Origin: the human T2T-CHM13v2.0 reference genome, Homo sapiens
NCBI RefSeq assembly: GCF_009914755.1
Contig: NC_060928.1
Reading direction: 5' to 3' (one strand)
DNA: 64,000 nucleotides
Shown one piece after another: positions 50,501 through 64,000 of the stretch; position 1 is the first letter of the stretch, and every line of letters starts with the position of its first letter. The notes under the pieces were generated by a model, which had not been told where the DNA came from, made no database searches, and saw nothing but the letters and a program-made list of their open reading frames with translations. The position numbers were made by a program, and so were the translations under genes.

Positions 50501-51083
50501 GTAGGATATTCTATAGTTATAAAGTATTTACCCTGAAAGCAAACACCAACACCATTTTATTCAGAGTTAGCTATCACACTTTGATCATGTATTCTTCCAT
50601 GTTATTCTTGCCATTAGAAGTGTTTACCTTAGTTATATAGTTGATATTTAAATGTTCAATATTTAAGGAATAATGGGCATTAAGGCATGGCTTGGGCATT
50701 AGCTACAAAATCTAGTAGTAAGGGATTTTGTCACTCCCATTGCAATGGAGGAAATAACTATATAATCTAGTTTCCAGAATCTTAGGTGTATGTTAAAACT
50801 AGTTTTGATGGTACTTCCAAATGTAGTAATCAGAGAATTGTTTTCAAAAAAATAAGAAAGGGGTCATTCATTTTTAATGGGATTCTTTGGTTTCCATTTA
50901 TATCCTTTTTTCTAAAAAGAATTTCAAAATATTTTTGGCATTTCCTCGTGTCCCTCTGAAATAACTTTGCGATGTTTATCAGATCTTTTACTAATATCTC
51001 CCAAAGTGTGTATTTTTCAAATTTTAGTAAGAAAAAATTAAGCCTCCTAATTGTTAGGAATGTAAGGATAAATAATTTCTTAC

Positions 51084-51228
51084 CTGAAATTCTTGAACTT
51101 CTCCAATACCTCTCTTAAAAGCTCTACAGAGTAGAAGCTGTTAAACATATGCTACGTCCGAGAAAGATATCTTTAAATTGTGGATGCAAGCACAAAGTTG
51201 TTGCTCTTTTAGAAGACAATTTTCTCCA
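51084..51228 (-). other. Candidate exon (strong donor; acceptor uncertain, exon start at 51228 or 51123)
   Basis: CAG|GTAAGA donor, with possible acceptors GGTTTGCAG and TCTACTCTGTAG. Confidence 0.25.
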
Positions 51229-51734
51229 CTGCAAACCAGCAGTAGGCACAGTCTAGTTATAGCCCTCAGAAAAGCTGTGCTGTGATATATTAATTTACAC
51301 CTACTGTGCCCTTAAATGAGAAGTCAAAGGCCACATACTGAGCACATAACTTTTACTCCAACATGAAACAGATTTTATATTTACTAGGACAAATATTTGA
51401 GGTATGATGCCTGGGAATTTGCAGTATGACCAAAAAAACAAAAAATTTAAAAAAATAAAACAGAGAATGTATGGTACAATTAGCTAATCCATGAGGCCAG
51501 AATGTCCAAAATAAACAGTGGAAGAAATCATCAACTAGACCTTGAAAATTTAACCAAATAATGAACAGTTGTTAATTACTTAAATTACAGCCATGAGTCA
51601 AAGTTTTCACATTAAATTTTTGAAGTTAATGTAAATAAATCAAGACTTTGTGGCTAAAAAACTACTATGCTTATTCTTATTCCATAAAGTAGTATTCTTC
51701 ATTCTGTACATACCTTTTAAAAAGATGGAGTCCC

Positions 51735-51894
51735 GTGGCGGGCGCCTGTAGCCCCAGCTACTCGGGAGGCTGAGGCGGGAGAATGGCGTGAATCCCGGAG
51801 GGCGGAGCCTGTAGTGAGCCGAGATCGCGCCACTGCACTCCAGCCTGGGCGACAGCGAGACTCCGTCTCAAAAAAAGAAAAAAGAAAAAAAAAG
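51735..51894 (+). mobile_element. 5'-truncated young AluY (AluYe5-like right arm)
   Basis: CpG-rich, with GGGCGGAGCCTG and GACAGCGAGAC. TSD AAAAAGATGGAGTCCC at 51719-51734 and 51895-51910. Confidence 0.88.
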
Positions 51895-52099
51895 AAAAAG
51901 ATGGAGTCCCATATCTCAGGAACAAAACAATAAAAATTATAATTTCCTTGTTAGAAGTAGTCAATTTTAATTACAATAGCTGCGCTATTTTTACTTGAGA
52001 AAACATACTTCCAAGAATAATATGCTATTACTAAAGCACCATTTATGCCACCCTTAACACTGACTACTTCACCTGCAGCAGCACATGATGATAGTTTCC

Positions 52100-52392
52100 A
52101 GAATGCTGACAATTTTAGGTAGCAAATACCCTGAGGAGGAGACACCCTCATCCAGTGGGTAAGAGTCAGTTGATAAATGTCTCCACATCCCCACCTACTG
52201 ATGGGTGATTTTAAGGGGAGCTTCTTGGAGGATCCCCAATGGGATGTGACCATAGCAGTTACCCACACGTTACTGCATTCTTTATTACCTTATCTCTCCT
52301 GCCTTTGCTTCCTAAGATGACTTCCCCCAAAAACTAACTGCATCCAAGTCCTTGCCTCAAAGTATGCTTTACAGGTAACCCAAATCAAGAAA
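52100..52392 (+). mobile_element. LTR16-like ERVL LTR fragment
   Basis: 3' end AAACTAACTGCATCCAAGTCCTTGCCTCAAAGTATGCTTT...AACCCAAATCAAGA. Confidence 0.6.
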
Positions 52393-52419
52393 AACAGCTT
52401 AAATGTGATAGAAGCATAT

Positions 52420-52795
52420 TACTCATTCTTTGAACAGTTCAGAGGCATATAGTCAAAGGCTAATAGGGTGGCTCTGCCATTCTTGACCTGTAGCTTCTGT
52501 ACCCAATTACAGGATGGCCCAAGTTGGCTGGTCCACTTCTCACCAGCTCCCAGACTGTGGAAAAGGAGGAAAAGCAGAGCGCCCAAGACAATTTCTTTTA
52601 AGGGCACAGCCCATCCTAGAAATGGTACATAACACTCCTGGATCTTTGGTAAGGACCTAATCACATGGCTACACTTGGCTACAAGGGTGGCTGGGAAATA
52701 TAGTCTCTGTTTGGCAATCATGTACACAGGTAAACCTTAGGAATTCTATTTTGTAAGAAAGGGATAAAGGATATCAGTGACAAGTACCTGCACCT
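52420..52795. mobile_element. MLT1 (J/K-like) LTR
   Basis: CTAATCACATGGCTACACTTGGCTACAAGGGTGGCTGGGAAATATAGTC. Confidence 0.7.
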
Positions 52796-52799
52796 GTAT

Positions 52800-54285
<1,486 letters not shown>

Positions 54286-56122
54286 TTTTTTAAAGTTGTA
54301 TTTTATCTTTAATTGACATATAGTAATTGTACAAACTTATGGGATACAGTATGATGTTTTAAAACATGTATGCATTGTATAATGATCAAACAAAAGTGTT
54401 TAGCATATTCATCATCTCAAATATTTATCATTTCTTCATAGTGAGAACATTCAAAATTTTTTCTTGTAGTTATTTTGAAGTATACTATATTGTTAATTAT
54501 AGTCACCCTACTATGCACTACCACACCAGAACTTATTTGTCCTATCTAACTGTAATTTGGACCCATTAACCAATTTCTTCCCATCCTCTCCTCCCCACTA
54601 TCCTCCTTAGCCTCTGGTAAACACTATTCTACTCTGCACTTCTATGAAATCAGCTTTTGTAGATTCCACAAATGAGTGAGATCATGCAATATTTGTCTTT
54701 CTGTGTCTGGTTTATTCTTATCAAAATGTCCTATAGGTTTAACCACATTGCCACAAATAACAAGATTTTATTATTTTATGGCTGAATAATATTCTACTGT
54801 GGATATATATCAATTATTTTTATCCATTCACCTGTTGATGGACACTTAGGTTGGTTCCATACCTTGGTTATTGCAAATAGTGCCACTGTAAACATGAGAA
54901 AGCAGGTATCTCTTTGACAGATGGATTTCATTTTCTTTGAATAAATACCCAGTAATGAATTGCTAGATCATATGGCCATTCTATTTTTAATTTTTTGAGG
55001 AACCATCATAGTTTTCCATAATGGCTATACTAGCTTACGTTCCCACCAACAGTACATAAAAGTTCAGATTTCTCCACGTCCACACCAGCATTTGTTATTT
55101 TTTGTCTTTTTGATAATAACCGTTCCAATTGGGGTAAGGGGTGATACATCACTGTGGTTTTGAATTGTATTGCCCTGATGATTAGTAATGTTGGGCATTG
55201 TCTAATATATCTGTTAGCCATTTGTATGTCCTTTTTGGAGAAATGTTTATTCAGGTCTTTTGCCCATTTTTAAATCAGATTATTGATTTTTTTTTTTGCT
55301 ATTGATTTTTTTCTTATTCTGTATAACAGAATAAAGTTGTTTGTTCTTACATATTCTAGATATTAACCCCTTGGCAAATGCACAGTTTGCAAATATTTTC
55401 TCCCATACTATTGGTTTTCTCATCATTCTGTTGATTGTTTCCTTTCTTATGCAGAAGCATTTTAGTTTGATGTAGTTCCATTTGGTTATTTTTGCTTTTG
55501 TTTTCTGTGCTTTAGAGTTCGTATACAAAAAATCCTTGCTCAAACAAATGCCATTAAGTACTTCCCCTATGTTTTCTTCTAATAGTTTTATAGTTTGGGC
55601 TTTTACATTTAAGTCTTTAATTCATTTTGAGTTGATTTTTAAATATGGTGAGAGATAGGGATCTAGTTTCATCTTTCTATATGTGAATATCTTGTTTCCC
55701 CAGCACCATTTATTAAGGAGGTAATCCTTTTCCTCATGTGTTTTCTAGGTGCCTTTCTTACTAATAAGTTGGCTATAAGCGCATGGATTTATTCTTGTGT
55801 TCTCTATTCTGTTCCATTGGTCTACATGTCTATTTTTATGTCAATACCATGCTGTTTTGGTTGCTATTGTTTTGTAATATATTTTGAAGTCAGGTAGTGT
55901 GATGCTTCCAATTTTATTCCATTTGCTGAAAATTGCTTTAGCTATTTTTATGGTTTCATACAAAATTTAGGATTCTTTTCTCTATTTCTGTGAAGAATGT
56001 CATTGGTATTTTGATAGAGATTACATTGAATCTGTAGTTATTTTGGGTAGTATGGACATTTTAACAATATTAATTCTACTAATACGTGAACAAAGAATAT
56101 TTTTCCATTATTTTTGTCCATT
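54286..56122 (-). mobile_element. L1MA-type 3' part (3'UTR plus ORF2 C-terminus)
   Basis: L1MA-like 3'UTR (AATTGACATATAGTAATTGTACA...), ORFs 55030..55221 and 55280..55543(-). Confidence 0.88.
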
Positions 56123-58057
56123 ATCTGGGTGGGGACATAACCAAACCATATGATTCCACCCCCTAGCCCCTCCCAAATCTCAAATCCTCACATTTCAAAA
56201 AAATCATGCCTTCCCAACAGCCCCCCAAAGTCTTAACTCACTCCAGTATTAACTCAAAAGTCCACAGTCCAATGTCTCATCTGAGACACGGCAAGTCCCT
56301 TCCACCTATGAGCCTATAAAATCAAAAACAAGTTAGTTACTTCCTAGATACAATGAGGGTAGAGGCATTGTGTAAATACAGCCATTCCAAATGAGGGAAA
56401 TTACCAAAACAAAGGGGCTACAGGCCCCATGCAAGTCCAAAATCCAGTGGGGTAGTCAAATTTTAAAGCTTCAAAATAATCTCCTTTGACTCCATGTCTC
56501 ACATCATGGTCACGCTGATACAAGAGGTGGGTTCCCATGGTTTTGAGCAGCTCTGCCTCTGTGGCTTTGCAGGGCACACCCCTCCTCCTGGCTGCTTTCA
56601 CAGACTGGCATTGACTGTCTTCAGATTTTCCAGGAGCACAGTGCAAGCTGTCAGTGTATCTACCATTCTGGGGTCTGGAGGACGATGGCCCTCTTCTCAC
56701 AGCTCCACTAGGTGGAGTCCCATTTGGGACTCTGTGTGAGGGCTCCAACCCCACATTTCCCTTCCACGCTGCCCTAGTAGAGGTTCTCCTTGAAGGCTCC
56801 ACCCCTGCAGCAAACTTCTGCCTGGACATCCAGGCATTTCCATACATTATCTGAAATGTAGGTGGAGGTTCCCAAACTTTAATTTTTGACTTCTGTGCAC
56901 CCACAGGTCCAATATCAGATGTAAGCTGTCAAGGCTTGGGGCTTGCACCCTCTGAAGCAATAGCCTGAGCTGTACATTGGCCCCTTTTAGCCACAGCTGG
57001 AGCTGAAGCAGCTGGGATGCCAGGCACCATGTCCTGAGGCTGTATAGAGCAGGGGATCGTTGGGACCTGCCCAGGAATTTTTCCCTCCTAGGCCTCCAGA
57101 CCTGTAATGGGAGGGGCTTCTGTGAAGGTCCCTGACATGGCCTGGAGACATTTTTCCCATTGTCTTGGTGATTAACATTTGGCTCCTCATTACTTGTGTA
57201 AATTTCTGCAGCCAGCTTGAATTTCTCCCCAGAAAATGGGGTTTTCATTTCTATTGCATTGTCAGGCTGAATATTTTCCAATCTTATATGTACTGCTTCC
57301 TCTTGAACACTTCACCACTTAGAAATTTCTTCCCCAGATACCCTAAATCATCTCTCTGAAGTCAAAGTTCCACAAATGTCTAGGGCCAGGGCAAAATGCT
57401 GCCAGTCTCTTTGCATAGCAAGAGTGACATTTACTCCAGTTCCCAAAAAGTTCCTCATCTCCATCTGAAACCACCTCAGCCTGGACCTTATTGTTCATAT
57501 CATTACCAGCACTTTGGTCAAAGCTGTTCAACAAGTCTTTAGGAAGTTCTAATCTTTCCCACATTTTTCTATCGTTTCTGAGCCCTCCAAGCTGTTCAAA
57601 CCTCTGCCTGTTACCCAGTTCCAAAGTCATTTCCACATTTTTGGGTATCTTTACAGCAGCACTCCACTCTATCCTTTACCAGTACCAGTGTACTGTATTA
57701 GTTCATTCTTATGCTACTATAAGGACATACCCAAGTCTGGGTAATTTATAAAGAAAAGAGGTTTAATGGACTCACAGTTCCACATGGCTGAGGAGGCCTC
57801 ACAATCATAGAGGAAAGCAAAGAAGGAGCAAAGTCACGCCTTACATGGTGGCAGGCAAGAGAGCTTTTGCAGGGGAACTGCCCTTTTATAAAACCATCAG
57901 ATCTCATGAGACTTATTCACTATCGTGAGAACAGCATGGGAAAAAGCCCACCCCATGATTCAATTACATCTCACCAGGTTGCTCCCACAAAATGTGGAGT
58001 TTATGGGAGCCACAATTAAAGATGAAATTTGGGTGGGGAAACAGCCAAACAATATCC
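56123..58057 (-). mobile_element. THE1D-like MaLR element: 3' LTR remnant 56123-56153, internal 56154-57693, 5' LTR 57694-58057
   Basis: Internal ORF remnants 56401..56904, 56847..57281 and 57343..57636(-). LTR TGTATTAGT...CAGCCAAACAATATC. Confidence 0.9.
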
Positions 58058-58321
58058 ATAATCTCAATAGATGCAGAAAAGCATTTGATAAAATCCAGCA
58101 TCCCTTCACAATTAAAATCCTATACAAACTAGGCATAGAAGGAACTACCTCAAAATTATAGAAGCTATATATGACAAACCCACAGCCAATGCCATACTGA
58201 ATAAGAAAAAGTTGAAAGCATTTCCCCTAAAAACTGGAACAATAGAATACCACTTCTATTCATTATAGTACTGGAAGTCCTAGCCAGAAAAATCAGGCAA
58301 GAGAAAGAAATAAAGGGCATC
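58058..58321 (+). mobile_element. L1 (L1MA/PB) ORF2 RT fragment
   Basis: Translates to [23 protein letters not shown]. Confidence 0.85.
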
Positions 58322-60087
58322 TGTATTCATCCATTTTCATGCTGCTGATAAAGACATACCCCAGACTGAGCAATTTACAAAATAAAGAGGTTTATTGGAC
58401 TCAGTTCCATGTGGCTGGAAGACCTTCATCATGGCAGAAGGTGAAAGGCATGTCTCACATGGCAGCAGACAAGAAAAGAGAGCTTCTCCAGCCTGGCCAA
58501 CATAGTGAAACCCCATCTCTACTGAAAATACAAAAATTAGACAGGTATGGTGGCACATACTTGTAGTCCCAGTTACTTGGGAGGCTGAGGCAAAAGAATC
58601 GCCTGAACCCAGGAGGCGGAGTTTACGGTAAGCTGAGACCATGCCACTGCACTCCAGCCTGGGTGACAGAGCAAGACTCCATCTCAAAAAAAAAAAAAAA
58701 AAAAATGAGAGACAGAGAGCTTGTGCAGGAAAACTCCCCCTTAAAATAACCATCAGATCTCGTGAGACTTACTCACTATCACAAGAACAGCATAGGAAAG
58801 ACCCGCCCCCATGATTCAATTACCTCCCACCAGATCCCTCCCACAACACACGGGAATTCAAAATGAGATTTGGGTGGGGACATAGCCAAACTATATAATT
58901 CCACTCCTGGACCCTCCCAAATCACATGTCCTCACATTTCAAAACCAATCATGCCTTCCCAACCATCCCCCAAAGTCTCAACTCATTCCAGCATTAGCTC
59001 AAAAGTCCACAGTCCAAAGGCTCATCTGAGACAAAGCAAGTCCCTTCTCCCCATAAGCCCGTAAATTCCAAGCAAGTTAGTTACTTCCTAGATACAATGG
59101 GGGTACAGGCATTGAATAAATACAGCTATTCCAAATGGGAGACATTGGCCAAAACAAAGGGGCTACAGGCCCCTTGCAAGTCCAAAACCCAGTGGGGCAG
59201 TCAAATCTTAAAACTCCAAAATGATCTCCTTTGAGTCCATGTCTGTCATCCAGGTCACGCTGATGCAAGTGGTAGCTTCCCATGGTCTTGGGCAGCTCTG
59301 CCCCTGTGGCTTTGCAGGGTATAGCCCCCATCCTGGCTGCTTTCACAGCCTGGCATTGAGTGCCTGTGGTTTTTCCAGATGAATGGTGCAAACTGTCAGT
59401 GGATCTACCATTCTGGAGTCTGAAGGATGGTGGCCCTCTTCTCACAGCTCCACTAGGTGATGCCCCAGTAAGGACTCTGTGTAGGGGCTCTGAGCCCACA
59501 TTTTCCTTCCACGCTGCCCTAGCAGAGGTTCTCCATGAGGACCCCACCCCTGCAGCAAACTTTTTTCTAGGCATCCAGGTGTTTTCATACAACTTCTGAA
59601 ATCTAGGCAGAGGTTCCCAAACCCCAATTCTTGACTTCTGTGCACCTGCCGGCTCAACACCACATGAAAGCTGCAAAGGCTTGAGGATTGCACCCTCTGA
59701 AGCAACAGACTGAGCTGTACCTTGGCCCCTTTTAGTCACGACTGGAGTGGCTGGGATGCAGGGCACAAGTCCCTAGACTACACACAACATGGGGACTCTG
59801 GGCCCTGCCCACAAAACCATTTTCTCCTAGGCCTCTGGGTCTGTGATGGGAGGGGCTGCCGTGAAAACCTCTGACATGCCCTGGAGACATTTTCCCCATT
59901 GTCTGGGGGATGAACATTCAGCTCCTTGTTACTTATGCAAATTTCTGCAGCCAGCTTCAATTTCTCCTTAGAAAATGATTTTTTCTTTTCTATCACAGTG
60001 TCAGGCTGCAAATTTTTTGAACTTGTATTCTCTGCTTCCCTTATAAAACTGAATGCCTTTAACAGCACCCAAGTCACCTCTTGAATG
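58322..60087 (-). mobile_element. THE1C-like element: 3' LTR 58322-58898 plus internal 58899-60087, interrupted by HERV-H
   Basis: GTGAAAGGCATGTCTCACATGGCAGCAGACAAGA is THE1C-type LTR. Internal ORFs 59077..59766 and 59778..60077(-). Confidence 0.9.
58486..58705 (+). mobile_element. 5'-truncated AluS in the THE1C LTR
   Basis: Starts at CCAGCCTGGCCAACAT. Flanking AGAGAGCTT at 58477-58485 and 58714-58722. Confidence 0.9.
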
Positions 60088-60131
60088 TTTTTGTTTGTTT
60101 GTTTGTTTTTGTTTTGTTTTGTTTTTTTTTT
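60088..60131 (-). repeat. Decayed poly(A) tail (A10 plus (CAAA/CAAAA)n) on the HERV-H R end
   Basis: T-rich tract directly abutting the end of the LTR R region. Confidence 0.8.
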
Positions 60132-60553
60132 GTGTGTGTGTGAGCAATATAGTTGTTTGTTTCACCTGGTTGCAGGTGGGTGGGCTGAGTCCGAAAAGAG
60201 AGTCAGCAAAGGGAGATAAGGGTGGGGCCGTTTTATAGGATTTGCGTAGGTAAAGGAAAATTACAGTCAAAGGGGGTTTGTTCTCTGGCGGGCAGGAGTA
60301 GGGGTCTCAAGGTGCTCAGTGGGGGTGCTTTTTGAGCCAGGATGAGCTAGGAAAAGGACTTTCACAAGGTAATGTCATCACTTAAGGCAAGAACTGGCCA
60401 TTTACACTTCTTTTGTGGTGGAAGGTCATCAGTTAAGATGAGGCAGGGCATATTCACTTCTTTTGTGATTCTTCAGTTACTTCAGGCCATCTGGGCATAT
60501 ACATGCAAGTCACAGGGGATGCGATGGCTTGGCTTGGGCTCAGAGGCCTGACA
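60132..60553 (-). mobile_element. HERV-H LTR7-type 3' LTR, U3-R only (no U5)
   Basis: Begins TGTCAGGCCTCTGAGCCCAAGCC at 60553. TATA box at 60231-60237. Ends TTGCTCACACA. PPT AAGAAGGCAGGAA at 60554-60566. Confidence 0.92.
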
Positions 60554-63500
60554 TTCCTGCCTTCTTACATTAATAAGAAAAATAAAACAAAATAGTGTTG
60601 AAGTGTTGGGGCGGCGAAAATTTTTGGGGGGTGGTATGGAGAGAGAATGGGCGATGTTTCTCAGGGCTGCTTCAAGCAGGATTGGGGCGGTGTGGGAACC
60701 TAGAGTGGGAGAGATTAAGCTGAAGGGAGGTCTTGTGGTAAGGGGTGATATTGTGGGGATGTTAGAAGAAACATTTGTCGTATAGAATGATTGGTGATGG
60801 CCTGGATACGGTTTTGGATGAATTGAGAAACTAAATGGAATAACAGAAGGAGAAAAACAGGTATAAAAGGTCTAAGAATTGAGATAACTCAGGATATCTG
60901 ATTAGAGAGTGCCTAAGGAGGTTCAGCATAGTCCTGCCAGCAAAGATTATTTATTTACTTCAAGAGTTAAGAGTGGCAGTTTGGGGATAGCACCAGGAGA
61001 TATCAGCTGTGATGGCTTGGAAAAACAGTGTAAACCAGCAGTGTAAACAAGAGCAGGGCATGTAAGAGTAGTTGAGAACGGTGAATAGGAGTATGACTAG
61101 ACAGAAGATAGTAGGGATGACAAGTTTTTTGGGGGCACAGTCTAAGTTGGTCTGGTTCTGGAATGAGACTCGGGCCTAATAAAAAGGAGCATCTATACAG
61201 GAGCTTAAATGGGCTGTACCCTGTAGCATTCCGAAGACAGGCCTGAATTCTGAGAAGGGAAAGTGGTAAAAGTATTGTCCAGTCCTATTTAAGTTGGTGG
61301 CTGAGCTTGGTGAGGTGTGTTTTTAAAAGACCTTTAGTCCATTCTACTTTTCTTGAAGACAGGGGACCGTAAGGGATATAAAGGTTTCACTGAATACTAA
61401 GAGCCTGAAAAACTGCTTGGCTGATTTGACTAATAAAGGCTCATCTGTTATCAGACTGTATTGAGGTGGGAAGGCTAAACTGAGGAATTATGTCTGACAG
61501 AACGGGAGAAATGACTGTGGTGGCCTTCTCAGACCCTGTAGGAAAGGCCTCTACCTATCCAGTGAAAGTATCTACCTAGACTAAGAGGTATTTTAGTTAT
61601 GTGACTCAGGGCATGTTGAGTAAAGCTAATTTGCCAGTCCTGGGTGGGGCAAATCCTTGAGCTTGATGTGTAGGGAAGGGAGGGGGCCTGAATAATCCCT
61701 GAGGAGTAGTAGAATAGCAGATGGAACACTGAGAAGTTATTTCCTTGAGGATAGATTTCCAGGATGGAAAGGAAATGAGAGGTTCTAAGAGGCGGGCTAG
61801 TGGCTTGTACTATAGCATAGCCTGCCTTTGCTGGTGTGTGGCCATTAGGCCTGGTGGAACCGCCATCAATAAATCAAGCGTGATCAGGGTGAGGAACAGG
61901 AAAGAAGGAAATTTGGGGAAATGCGGTGAATGTCAGGTGGATCAGAGAGATACAGTCATGGGGGTCAGGTGTGGTATCAGGAATAATGTGGGAGGCCGGA
62001 TTTAAGTCTGGGCCAGGAACAATGGTAATTGTGGGAGACTCAACAAAGAGTGAGTATAGCTGAAGGAGCCAGGAAGCAGAAAGTATATGTGTCAGGTATG
62101 AGGAAGAAAATAGATTTTGGAAGTTGTGAGAACTGTAGAGAGTGAGTTGAGCATAGTTTGTGATTTTGAGGGCCTCTAAAAGTATTAAAGCAGCAGCAGC
62201 TGCTGCACGCAAACATGAGGGCTAGGCTAAAACAGTAAGGTCAAGTTGTTTGGACAGAAAGGCTACAGGGTGTGGTCCTGGCTCTTGTATAAGAATTCTG
62301 ACCACGCTAACCATGCCTAGGAAGGAAAGGAGTTGTTGTTTTGTAGAAGGTGCTTGGGTTTGAGAGATCAGTCGAACACGATTGGCAGGGAGAGCACATG
62401 TGTTTTTATGAGAATTATGCCGAGATAGGTAACAGATGAGGAAGAAATTTGGGCTTGATTGAAGTAATGGGGGCTGTCTGTGAAGCCTTGCGGCAGTACA
62501 GCCTAGGTAATTTGCTGAGCTTGATGGGTGTCAGGGTCAGTCCAAGTGAAAGCGAAGAGAGGCTGGGATTAAGGGTACAAAGGAATAGTAAAGAAAGCAT
62601 GTTTGAGATATAGAACAGGATAATGGGTTGTAGACGCAGGTAGTGAGGATAGGAGAGTATATGGGTTTGGCACCACGGGGTGGATAGGCAAAACAATTTG
62701 GTTGATAAGGCACAGATCCTGAACTAACTTGTAAGGCTTGTCTGGTTTTAGGACAGGTAAAATGGGGGAATTTGTAAGGAGAATTTATAGGCTTTAAAAG
62801 GCCATGCTATAGCAGGCAAGTGATAACAGGCTTTAATCTTTTTAAAGCGTGCTGCAGGATGGGATATTGGCGTTGAGTGGGGTAAGGGTGATTAGGTTTT
62901 AATGAGATGGGAAGGGGTGCATGATCAGTCGCCAAGGAGGGAGTAGAGGTATCTTATACTTGTGGGTTAAGGTGGGGGGGATACAAGAGGAGGATGCAAA
63001 GGAGGCTTTGGATTGGGAAGAAGGGCGGCAATGAGATGTAGCTGTAGTCCAGGAATAGTCAGGGAAGCAGATAATTTAGTTAAAGTGTCTCAGCCTAATA
63101 AGGGAACTGGGCAGGTGGGGATAACTAAAAAGGAGTGCTTAAAAGAGTATTGTCTAAGTTGGCACCAGAGTTGGGGAGTTTTAAGAGGTTTAGAAGCCTG
63201 GCCGTCAATACCCACAACAGTTATGGAGGCAAGGGAAACAGGCCCTTGAAAAGAAGGTAATGTGGAGTGGGTAGCCTCTATATTGATTAAGAAGGGGACT
63301 GACTTACCTTCCACTGTGAGAGTTACCCAAAGCTCGGCATCCGTGATGGTCTATGGGGCTTCCGAGGTGATCGGGCAGCGTCAGTCTTCAGCCGCTAAGC
63401 CGAGAAGGAGTCAGTCAGAGAGCCTTGGGCCAGAGTTCCAGGGGCTCTGGGAGTGGCTGCCAGGTGAGTTGAACAGTCCAATTTCCAGTGGGGTCCCGCA

Positions 63501-64000
63501 CAGATGGGACACGGCTTAGGAGGAATCCTGGGCTGCAGGCATTCCTTGGCCTGGTGGTCAGATTTCTGGTACTTGTAGCAAGCTCCTGTGGGAGGAGGTT
63601 CTGGAGGAACGCCTGGCCGCTGCGGTTCAGGCGTTTGGAAGTTCTTGTGTGCTGGAGATGTGGCTGGGGTTTGTCTCACAGTGGAGGCCAGGAATTGCAA
63701 CTTTTTTCTATTATTGTACACCTTGAAGGCGAGGTTAATTAAATCCTGTTGTGGGGTTTGAGGGCCAGAATTTAATTTTTGGAGTTTTATTTAATGTCGG
63801 GAGCAGATTGGGTAATAAAATGTACATTGACAATAAAATGGCCTTTTGACCTTTTAGGGTCTAGGGCTGTAAAGCGTCTCAGGGTTGCTGCCGAACGAGC
63901 CATGAACTGGGCTGGGTTTTTATATTTGATGAAAAAGAGCCTAAACGCTATCTGATTTGGGATAAAGAAAAAGGAGCATTAACCTTGACTATGCCTTTAG
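60554..64000 (-). mobile_element. HERV-H internal region (env remnant, degenerate pol, pro, 3' gag); continues beyond the window
   Basis: Gag zinc knuckles in ORF 63395..63721 (CPICAGPHWKLDC), protease-like ORF 63090..63314 (VPFLINIEATHSTLP), pol pieces 62415..62696 and 61874..62212. Confidence 0.93.

Noticed and set aside
56401-59766. 167-aa and 229-aa paralogous ORFs as a gene pair
   Set aside because: Both are pieces of the THE1/MaLR internal ORF, broken by frameshifts in each copy, with no sign of domestication.
61874-63721. HERV-H gag/pro/pol ORFs as functional retroviral genes
   Set aside because: Short and fragmented. The protease active site reads NIEA rather than DTGA and the first zinc knuckle has lost a Cys (CYKY).

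Overview
AT-rich primate genomic DNA, most likely human or great ape given AluY/AluYe, L1PA3, L1PA6 and HERV-H/LTR7. By my rough estimate about two-thirds is interspersed repeat: L1 of many ages, Alu, MIR, L2, Tigger, hAT MITEs, THE1 and HERV-H. I find no intact protein-coding gene, RNA gene or CpG-island promoter, and the long ORFs in the track are TE remnants. Subfamily calls come from recalled consensus sequences, not a search. Main observations: (1) a minus-strand HERV-H whose 3' LTR stops at the R/U5 boundary and is followed by a decayed poly(A) tail, which suggests an L1-retrotransposed HERV-H RNA rather than a provirus, nested in a THE1C element; (2) two L1PA3-like copies in inverted orientation about 1.35 kb apart that share five non-consensus A/T->G/C variants, one inserted in homologous register into an older L1 and the other twin-primed; (3) an L1PA6 with both ends and TSDs intact but most of ORF2 deleted; (4) a fold-back palindrome inside a (TA)n tract; (5) three minus-strand exon-like units in unique DNA, one a stop-free 120-nt phase-0 exon; (6) a PBX/MEIS/homeodomain motif cluster. 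I do not see evidence for a new multi-gene biological system.
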